A stretch of DNA of 64,000 bases from an uncultured Bacilli bacterium (GTDB taxonomy: Bacteria > Bacillota_I > Bacilli_A > RF39 > UBA660). The notes below the pieces were generated by a model that saw only the letters and a list, made by a program, of their open reading frames with translations, was not told where the DNA came from and did no database searches. Shown piece by piece: positions 28,510 to 35,678 of the stretch. The position numbers and the translations under genes are program-made. The first letter of the stretch is position 1. Each line of letters starts with the position of its first letter. Location of the stretch: NCBI GenBank assembly GCA_934090685.1, contig CAKOJN010000003.1, positions 54,034 through 118,033 on the forward strand, given 5' to 3'.

Positions 28510-29163
28510 ATGAAAGTATTAATAGTAGATGATGAAAAATTAATAAGAGATGTTATAAAAGAATATTGTTTAGGAAATAAATACGAAGTTATTGAAGCAG
28601 ATAATGGTTTAGACGCTATTAAACTAGCATCAGAAGCTGATATCATAGTAATGGATATAATGATGCCTAAAATGGATGGTTTTACAGCATACAAAGAGAT
28701 AAAAGAAAAATATAATACACCAACTATTATATTATCAGCAAGAGGAGAAGAATACGATAAACTAGCCGGTTTTGATTTAGGAATAGATGATTATATGACT
28801 AAACCATTTAGTCCAAAAGAATTGTTAGCAAGAATTAATGCTATAATTAAAAGATATAAAAGAGATGAAAATATTTTTGAATATAAAGGGCTTAAAGTAG
28901 ATTATTTAGGTCATTGTGTTTATATAGATGATAAAGAAATTAATTTAACTCCAAAAGAATATGATTTATTAGTATATTTCATAAATAATAAGGGAATTGC
29001 ATTATCTAGAGAACAATTATTAAATAATATATGGAACTATGACTATTTTGGTAATGATAGAACTATAGACACTCATATTAAAATGCTAAGAAATAATTTA
29101 AAAGAATATAGAAATCTAATAATAACTGTTAGAGGAATGGGGTATAAATTTGATTATAAATAA
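28510..29163 (+). CDS. OmpR-family response regulator
   Basis: Receiver domain (MKVLIVDDE..VMDIMMPKMDG..) plus a winged-helix trans_reg_C domain (..TVRGMGYKF). Confidence 0.9.
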   Translation: MKVLIVDDEKLIRDVIKEYCLGNKYEVIEADNGLDAIKLASEADIIVMDIMMPKMDGFTAYKEIKEKYNTPTIILSARGEEYDKLAGFDLGIDDYMTKPFSPKELLARINAIIKRYKRDENIFEYKGLKVDYLGHCVYIDDKEINLTPKEYDLLVYFINNKGIALSREQLLNNIWNYDYFGNDRTIDTHIKMLRNNLKEYRNLIITVRGMGYKFDYK

Positions 29164-30538
29164 TCCAAAGATAAGAAATACAGTTTTAGCATTTTTTATA
29201 ACGTTTTCTTGCATAATATTATTGTTATTATTTATAATGCAAATAGGTTTATTAAAACAATATTATGAAATATATCAAACTAAAAAATTAAATAAAATTA
29301 CGGAAGAAATATTATCAAAAGAAGTAATAGATAATAAATATTTAGAAGATTTATCATATGAAAATGGTATATGTATGGCAATATTTTCTAATGATAACAC
29401 AGTTACTGTAGCAAATTCTTACAATAGAGGATGTGTTATAGGAGATAATAAAGCTGATTTAACTTTTATAAATAAATTTATTGAGAGTGGGAAGTCTGAA
29501 GATCAGACAATTATAAAAGCATATAGGTTTAAAAATAATACGTTACTCAAAGGAATTAAATTAGATAATGATCTTTATATATTTTTAAATGCACCAATAC
29601 AACCATTAGATACATCATTAACATTAATAAAAAGTCAGTATATTTATATAGTTGTAGCTATGATGATAATTGCTATACTGATTAGTTCTTTAATTTCAAA
29701 AATACTAACAGATCCTATTGTAAAAATAAGTGACTCAGCAAATAAATTAGCAAAAGGTGATTTTGATGTTTCATTTAATACAACCAGTAACATTAAAGAA
29801 ATTAAAAATCTTTCTGAAACGTTAGAAAGAGCAAAAAATGAGCTTTCTAAAACAGATAGTCTAAGAAAAGATTTAATGGCAAATGTTGGTCATGATTTAA
29901 AAACACCATTAACAATGATAAAGGCGTATGCAGAAATGACTAGAGATATTACACAAACTAAAGAAAAAGAACAAGAAAATATGAATATAATAATTGAAGA
30001 AACAGATAGATTAACATTGCTAGTAAATGATATATTGAATTTATCTAAATTACAATCTAAAACATATGAATTAAAGTTAGAAGAATTTGATATTAATGAG
30101 TTAATAAAATCTATCATAAAAAGGTATAAAATATTAATAAAAGATGAAAAATATAAATTTATATATGAAAATAAAAAATCAGTTATTGTTAAAGCAGACA
30201 AGACAAGAATAGAGCAAGTAATATATAATTTAATTAATAATGCTGTTAATTATACAGGGGAAGATAAAAAAGTATATATTAATTTAAAAGAAGAGAAAAA
30301 ATATGTTAGAATTGAAATAATTGATACAGGTAAAGGTATTGATGAAAAAGATATAAAATATATTTGGAATAAATATTATCATAGCGAATTAAAGCATAAG
30401 AGAAATGCATATGGTACAGGATTAGGTTTATCTATTGTAAAAACAATATTAGAAACACATGGATATAAATATGGTGTAAATAGTAGTAAAGGAAATGGAA
30501 CAATGTTTTATTTTGAAATAAATAGAAAAAACAATTAA
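29150..30538 (+). CDS. Sensor histidine kinase (HisKA/HATPase_c), partner of the upstream regulator
   Basis: Two TM segments, HAMP, H-box ANVGHDLKTPLT, N-box LINNAVNYT, G-boxes DTGKGI and GTGLGLSIV. Confidence 0.9.
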   Translation: MIINNPKIRNTVLAFFITFSCIILLLLFIMQIGLLKQYYEIYQTKKLNKITEEILSKEVIDNKYLEDLSYENGICMAIFSNDNTVTVANSYNRGCVIGDNKADLTFINKFIESGKSEDQTIIKAYRFKNNTLLKGIKLDNDLYIFLNAPIQPLDTSLTLIKSQYIYIVVAMMIIAILISSLISKILTDPIVKISDSANKLAKGDFDVSFNTTSNIKEIKNLSETLERAKNELSKTDSLRKDLMANVGHDLKTPLTMIKAYAEMTRDITQTKEKEQENMNIIIEETDRLTLLVNDILNLSKLQSKTYELKLEEFDINELIKSIIKRYKILIKDEKYKFIYENKKSVIVKADKTRIEQVIYNLINNAVNYTGEDKKVYINLKEEKKYVRIEIIDTGKGIDEKDIKYIWNKYYHSELKHKRNAYGTGLGLSIVKTILETHGYKYGVNSSKGNGTMFYFEINRKNN

Positions 30539-30574
30539 ATGATGGTATAATTATTTCATAAATAAGGAGTAAAC

Positions 30575-32068
30575 ATGAATAAATATATATGCAAATGTGG
30601 TTATGAAATTGAATCTGAAAAATTAACTGAAAATTATTCTTGTCCAAAATGTGGAGCAAGTAGTAATAGCTTTGAAAAATCAGAAAAACTAGTAGATGTT
30701 ATTGATTCGATGCTTGAAGAAGTAATAGAAAAAGAAACTCAAAAAATAATTAATGATGATGTAGAAGATAAAAAAGTAAAAATTGATCCATATAATCCTG
30801 CAATTGTGAGAATTCCTGAAAAATGTATTAATTGTGGTCAATGTAAGAAAACATGTGAAAATATAGTTAATTTGAAATATGATATAAAAAAATGTAAAAA
30901 TCCTATTTGTTTGGGTTGTGGTCAATGTTTGTTAAACTGTCCAACAGGTGCTATTATACCTAGATATTGTTATCATGACGTTAAAAGAACAATAGTTTCA
31001 AATGATAAAATAGTTGTAGGTATTATTGCTCCAGCTGTAAGAGTAGCATTAGGAGAAGCGTTTAATTTGAATCCTGGAGACAATGTAGAGAAAAAAATAG
31101 TTACGGCACTAAAAAAATTAGGTTTCGATTATGTTTTTGATACAGCATTTGGCGCAGATTTGACAATAATGGAAGAAGTAACTGAATTTGCAAAACGATT
31201 AAAAGAAGGACTTGCCTTACCTCAGTTTACCAGTTGTTGTCCTGCTTGGGTTAAATATGCCGAAATATATCATCCTGAATTATTAGAAAATTTATCAACT
31301 TGCAAAAGTCCAATTGGTATGCAATGTTCAATAATTAAAACTTATTTTGCCGAAGAAAAAAATTTTGAATCTTCAAAAATAGTTACTGTTGCAATTGCAC
31401 CATGTACTTCAAAAAAAATGGAAGCTAAGGAATATACGCCTAATATTGATTATGTTATGACTACCAGTGAATTAGCAATATATTTAAAAGAGGAAGAAAT
31501 TAATTTATCCTCTTTAGAAGAAAATGAATATGATAGTATTTTAGGTGACAGCAGTGGAGCAGGTGTAATATTTGGTAATACTGGTGGAGTTACAGAATCA
31601 GCAATAAGAACACTATATAGAATGTTAACTAATGAAAATCTAAAAAAAGAAGATTTAACTTTCAATGACTTAAGAGGATTTAAAGGGATAAAAGAAGCAA
31701 CTGTAAAAATAAATAAATATGTTATTAAAGTTGCAGTTGTTCAACAAATGGAGAATTTGGAAGCAATTCTTAAGGATGACTATTATAAAAAATTCCATTT
31801 TATAGAAGTTATGAACTGTAAAGGTGGCTGCATAGGTGGTGGTGGACAACCATTGTGTGCTATTCCAAAACTAGAAGAAGTAAAACAGCAAAGAGCTGAA
31901 GGACTTTATAAAATCGATCAAAAAAGAGCAAATAAATTTGCTCATAACAATAAAGAACTAAAACTTTTATATAAAAATTATCTTAAAAATCCATTAGGTG
32001 AAAAAAGTATGACATTATTACACACAACATTTAGTGATAAAAGTAGCTTATTAAATGAAAAAAAATAA
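30575..32068 (+). CDS. [FeFe] hydrogenase with an N-terminal Cys4 zinc-ribbon/rubredoxin-like module and a 2x[4Fe-4S] ferredoxin domain
   Basis: H-cluster motifs TSCCPAW, APCTSKKMEAKE, EVMNCKGGCIGGGGQP. CINCGQCKKTCE and CLGCGQCLLNCP. N-terminal CKCG..CPKCG. Confidence 0.9.
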   Translation: MNKYICKCGYEIESEKLTENYSCPKCGASSNSFEKSEKLVDVIDSMLEEVIEKETQKIINDDVEDKKVKIDPYNPAIVRIPEKCINCGQCKKTCENIVNLKYDIKKCKNPICLGCGQCLLNCPTGAIIPRYCYHDVKRTIVSNDKIVVGIIAPAVRVALGEAFNLNPGDNVEKKIVTALKKLGFDYVFDTAFGADLTIMEEVTEFAKRLKEGLALPQFTSCCPAWVKYAEIYHPELLENLSTCKSPIGMQCSIIKTYFAEEKNFESSKIVTVAIAPCTSKKMEAKEYTPNIDYVMTTSELAIYLKEEEINLSSLEENEYDSILGDSSGAGVIFGNTGGVTESAIRTLYRMLTNENLKKEDLTFNDLRGFKGIKEATVKINKYVIKVAVVQQMENLEAILKDDYYKKFHFIEVMNCKGGCIGGGGQPLCAIPKLEEVKQQRAEGLYKIDQKRANKFAHNNKELKLLYKNYLKNPLGEKSMTLLHTTFSDKSSLLNEKK

Positions 32069-32095
32069 TTTTTTTCATTTTTTTTAAAAAAAGTA

Positions 32096-32125
32096 TTGAC
32101 ATAAATTAAATATATATGGTAATAT
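32096..32125 (+). promoter_or_regulatory. Strong sigma-A-type promoter with extended -10
   Basis: TTGACA (32096-32101), an 18-bp spacer, then TGgTAATAT (32117-32125). Confidence 0.55.
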
Positions 32126-32555
32126 ATATTTGTCCAATATAATAATTGAGAAGCCTCATAAAATTATAGTATTAATATTTATTTATTATTTATTAGTATT
32201 ATATAGAGTATAAGTCAATTAATAGTGAAAAAATTCTAATTTTATTTCACATATTGTATTTGATATTTTCGTTATTATTAATCAATTATATGTTTTTAAT
32301 TAATATTAACTTATTGATTATTTATGTATTTATCTTATTAATAATAATTTATATCTTAATACTTAATGTTGAAATATGTATCTTATTAAAAATAAGATTT
32401 AGAATCCTAATCTACTAAGGACAAATGATATATCGTTGAGAAAGTAAAACTCAAAAAGATTAGAAATTAAGCTAAATACTGATAATATTTAGAAGTATTT
32501 ATATTAAAGTAATATTTAATATAAATGATTCTTAATTTATTTTCGCGAAACTCGG

Positions 32556-32591
32556 AGCAAAGTATGTTTTATCAGAACACTTTGCTTTTTG
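32556..32591 (+). terminator. Rho-independent terminator immediately upstream of the 32612 RBS
   Basis: AGCAAAGT-atgttttatcagaac-ACTTTGCT followed by TTTTT. The reverse strand lacks a T-run. Confidence 0.65.
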
Positions 32592-32611
32592 TGTATTAAA
32601 AAGGAGGAAAA

Positions 32612-32980
32612 ATGAGATTCAAAGTTATGTTCAGTGTAACTACAATAATGGTATTATTCTTATTATTTTATCCACAGACGGGTTATTTAAGCAAATATGA
32701 AAATAAAATTACAGTTGATTATCGTGAATTAAATTTAACAAATAATTGTATTTGGGAATATAAATTGTCAAATAATAATATTAAATTAATAAATTCAAAC
32801 GAGAATATATGGACATATAAACTAGTTAAAAATGGTAAAACAACTTTGAATTATTATTGTAAAGACAAAAACGATAAAAGTATTTATATAATTACATATA
32901 ACTTAAAAGTAAAAAATAATTATATTTATTGGTTAACAGGTAATGGAACTGGATTAGTTGATTTTCCAAATTTGTATTAA
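32612..32980 (+). CDS. Hypothetical small secreted protein (122 aa)
   Basis: AAGGAGG RBS and an N-terminal signal-like hydrophobic segment. No family recognised. Confidence 0.6.
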   Translation: MRFKVMFSVTTIMVLFLLFYPQTGYLSKYENKITVDYRELNLTNNCIWEYKLSNNNIKLINSNENIWTYKLVKNGKTTLNYYCKDKNDKSIYIITYNLKVKNNYIYWLTGNGTGLVDFPNLY

Positions 32981-33019
32981 ATATACATAAATTTACAAAA
33001 ATATGTATATTTTTTTTTA
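32981..33019 (+). terminator. Rho-independent terminator
   Basis: ATATACATA-aatttacaaaaa-TATGTATAT followed by TTTTTTTTT. Confidence 0.6.
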
Positions 33020-33055
33020 TAATTGTGTTATATTTAAGAAAATGGAGGTGTAAAG

Positions 33056-34132
33056 ATGGAACCATATAAAGCAAAAAAATTGGAATTAAATTATAATTAT
33101 AGTAATGATATACTAAAAATTTTAAATGATACCATGGAAGCTTATGGAGAATATAAGGGCTATTTAAAAAATATGAGTTATGATTATAAAAATTTTTTAG
33201 ATACCTTATTTGTAAATGAGACATATTATTCATTTAAAATAGACAATATGGATATTAAAAAAGAAGACATGTTTTATATACCTTATAAAAATAAAAATAA
33301 TACTGTAATAGAATTTATTAATATGAGAAAAGCGTTAATAGTTGGACTAACAGAATCTAATAAAACTGGTTTTGATACTTTATTCTTTAATAAAATGAAT
33401 AAAATAATATATTCAAATTGTAAAAAAGATAACACAACTAAAAAAAGTGGCCTTTTAAGAAAAAAACAAACTTTTTTATTAAAACCTGGTCTTGCTGGTT
33501 CAAGTGTTTCATATATTCCTCCTAAGTATACAGAACTTGCAAAATTAATGGGAGATTTAAGTCAATATTTAAATGAAAATGTTAATAGAAATTTTATTTC
33601 AGTTGCACTAAGCCATTATCAATTTGAAAAATTACATCCATATTTATCTGGCAATGGTTTAATGGGTAGATTACTAATTCCTATTGAAACATCTTATTAT
33701 AAAAATGAACCACCATTATTATTTATATCAGAAAGTTTATATAATTTAAAAAACACTTATTTTACTTTATTAAGTAACTCTGATATAGAACAAAATGATA
33801 AATTTATCAAATTCTTCTTACAGTGTGTAATCGAGCAGTGCAATTTAAATATTAAAAAAATTAAGTTACTAAATAAAATATATAATACTGATATACAAAA
33901 ATTTAAAACTGAAATAGGTGGTAGCACAATTTATAAGATTTATCCTATAATTGTTAAAAAAATAGTATTTACTGTTAACGATATAGTTACAGAAAGTAAG
34001 TTACATATTAATTCAGTAAATAAAGTACTAAATAAACTAGTTGCATCTGGTTACTTAATTAAAGAGAAGAAAAAAGAAACTAATAGAGTAACTTATTGTT
34101 ATAAGAATATGCATGATGTATTTGTTAAGTAG
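33056..34132 (+). CDS. Fic-domain protein (Fic_N + Fic + C-terminal winged-helix) with a non-canonical active-site motif
   Basis: HPYLSGNGLMGR occupies the position of HPFx[D/E]GNGRxxR. The N-terminal NETYYSFKIDN corresponds to the EAxxSSxIEG block. The C-terminal ..LNKLVASGYLIKEKK.. is wHTH-like. Confidence 0.75.
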   Translation: MEPYKAKKLELNYNYSNDILKILNDTMEAYGEYKGYLKNMSYDYKNFLDTLFVNETYYSFKIDNMDIKKEDMFYIPYKNKNNTVIEFINMRKALIVGLTESNKTGFDTLFFNKMNKIIYSNCKKDNTTKKSGLLRKKQTFLLKPGLAGSSVSYIPPKYTELAKLMGDLSQYLNENVNRNFISVALSHYQFEKLHPYLSGNGLMGRLLIPIETSYYKNEPPLLFISESLYNLKNTYFTLLSNSDIEQNDKFIKFFLQCVIEQCNLNIKKIKLLNKIYNTDIQKFKTEIGGSTIYKIYPIIVKKIVFTVNDIVTESKLHINSVNKVLNKLVASGYLIKEKKKETNRVTYCYKNMHDVFVK

Positions 34133-34655
34133 ATTCAATATAATCTATTATATTGAAATAAAATTTAAGGTTTTGTTTATTAATAATTTCAAAATAGACA
34201 AATGCCTTTTTTTTATGTCTATTAATTATATCTATTAATTCATTATTGTCGTGAAATTTTATATTATACTTTTTTAATAATGAGTAATTCTTTTTATAAT
34301 TTAGAAATAGCATTTTTTCAAAGTTTTGATTATAAATATTTGAATTATCTGGAAAATATTTATTAGATTTTAAAATTCTATTATATTTGTTATCAATTGT
34401 AAGACTAATTATATACCTTATTAATAATTGATCAATTAATAAAGTGTTTTTAACATATGAAATGTACTTGTCTAAATTAGAAATTATTTGGTAATTTATG
34501 TCTACTTCTTTACAATTTTTAATTAATATAGCTTTTATTTTAATATTATATGACTTTTTAATTAATAGTTTATCTAGAAATCCATCTTTGTATAAAAAAA
34601 TTAAATCAGAAATATTATTATTGTTTTCATTATAAATGTATTTTTCGATATTCAT
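34125..34655 (-). CDS. Hypothetical protein (176 aa) translationally coupled to an XRE regulator
   Basis: Its ATG overlaps the upstream gene's TGA (ATGA). It is K/N/I-rich and predicted helical, with no motif recognised. Confidence 0.55.
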   Translation of the reverse strand: MNIEKYIYNENNNNISDLIFLYKDGFLDKLLIKKSYNIKIKAILIKNCKEVDINYQIISNLDKYISYVKNTLLIDQLLIRYIISLTIDNKYNRILKSNKYFPDNSNIYNQNFEKMLFLNYKKNYSLLKKYNIKFHDNNELIDIINRHKKKAFVYFEIINKQNLKFYFNIIDYIEST

Positions 34656-34897
34656 TTTACATCACCCTCAAAAAACTTACTTACTGGTGTTTTTAATACA
34701 ATAGATATTTTATATAAATTATTAATACTAATTCCCTTATTAGTTTTTTCACTTTCTAAACTACTTATTAGTGATACAGAAACGTTAATTATTTCCGCTA
34801 ATTGCTCTTGAGTAATGGGTTCATAAGTTAAACTGTAAAGTTTTCGATATTTCTTGATATTTCTTCCAATAATGCTATTTAATTCTTTTTCTGTCAT
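34652..34897 (-). CDS. XRE-family helix-turn-helix regulator (81 aa)
   Basis: HTH_3 pattern ..ITQEQLAEIINVSVSLISSLESEK..LYKISIVLKTPVSKFFE. Confidence 0.8.
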   Translation of the reverse strand: MTEKELNSIIGRNIKKYRKLYSLTYEPITQEQLAEIINVSVSLISSLESEKTNKGISINNLYKISIVLKTPVSKFFEGDVK

Positions 34898-35004
34898 AAA
34901 TTCTCCTATTTCTATATTAATTATAAATTAAAAATTTAATTTTGTATAGTACAACATTACATAATTATATTATAAAAACTAGTAAAATATTATTAGGTGG
35001 ATGT

Positions 35005-35265
35005 ATGACAAAATTTAAAAGAGAATTTTACTTTGATGAAAACATAATAGAGACTATAGCATATAATGTCATCAAATACAGAAAATTGAATGGAATTACA
35101 CAAGAACAGTTAGCAATAGATATTGGAATATCTCCAGAATTTATTAGAAAGTTTGAAAGTACTAAAGGTAGTGAAGGATTATCATTAATGTCACTATATA
35201 AAATTTCTATTGTTTTAAACACATCAATGGATAAATTTTTTGAGTATATAGAAATTAACGATTAA
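35005..35265 (+). CDS. XRE-family helix-turn-helix regulator (86 aa)
   Basis: ..ITQEQLAIDIGISPEFIRKFES..LYKISIVLNTSMDKFFE. The start is taken at the internal ATG behind a GGTGGA RBS. Confidence 0.75.
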   Translation: MTKFKREFYFDENIIETIAYNVIKYRKLNGITQEQLAIDIGISPEFIRKFESTKGSEGLSLMSLYKISIVLNTSMDKFFEYIEIND

Positions 35266-35515
35266 TAAAAAAGTCATCTATAGGTACATTTAAAATTAGA
35301 CTTATTTTATATAAGTTATATACACTAATACCTTGAAATATTTTTTTACTTTCTAAATTCCCTATTAGTGATGTTGATATATTTGCAAGTTCGGCTAAAC
35401 ACTCTTGTGTTAGTTCTTTTTCGTTTAGGCTATAAAGTTTTCTATAATATTTTACATTATTTCCAATAATATAATAAAGATCTTTTTCTTTTAGAAATTC
35501 ATATGTTTTTTTCAT
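35255..35515 (-). CDS. XRE-family helix-turn-helix regulator (86 aa)
   Basis: ..LTQECLAELANISTSLIGNLES..LYKISLILNVPIDDFF. Its 3' end overlaps the convergent XRE gene by 11 nt. Confidence 0.75.
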   Translation of the reverse strand: MKKTYEFLKEKDLYYIIGNNVKYYRKLYSLNEKELTQECLAELANISTSLIGNLESKKIFQGISVYNLYKISLILNVPIDDFFINR

Positions 35516-35537
35516 TATTGTCTCCCAATATTATTTT

Positions 35538-35563
35538 GCCATTATTTACCATTTTTCGCCATT
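35538..35563 (+). repeat. Three 10-bp-phased RCCATT repeats upstream of the third XRE gene
   Basis: GCCATTATTT ACCATTTTTC GCCATT. The hexamers start at 35538, 35548 and 35558. Confidence 0.6.
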
Positions 35564-35678
35564 TACTATAAATGAGAAAATATCATTCTTAGTGATATTA
35601 AGCTGCATAGATATAAAAAACTTTACAAATGCAAAAAAATGTTGTAATATTAATAGTCGTATCAAAGGGGAGAGAAGT

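Noticed and set aside
32892-33233. 113-aa minus-strand ORF spanning the gap between the secreted-protein gene and the Fic gene.
   Set aside because: It overlaps the 3' end of one plus-strand gene, a plus-strand terminator, and the 5' end of the Fic gene. It has no RBS and a Y/N/L-rich shadow composition.
32070-35678. Looked for mobile-element boundaries (att-like direct repeats, integrase, transposase, tRNA target) around the Fic/XRE island.
   Set aside because: None were found by eye, so I do not call a mobile element. The region is reported only as an accessory island.
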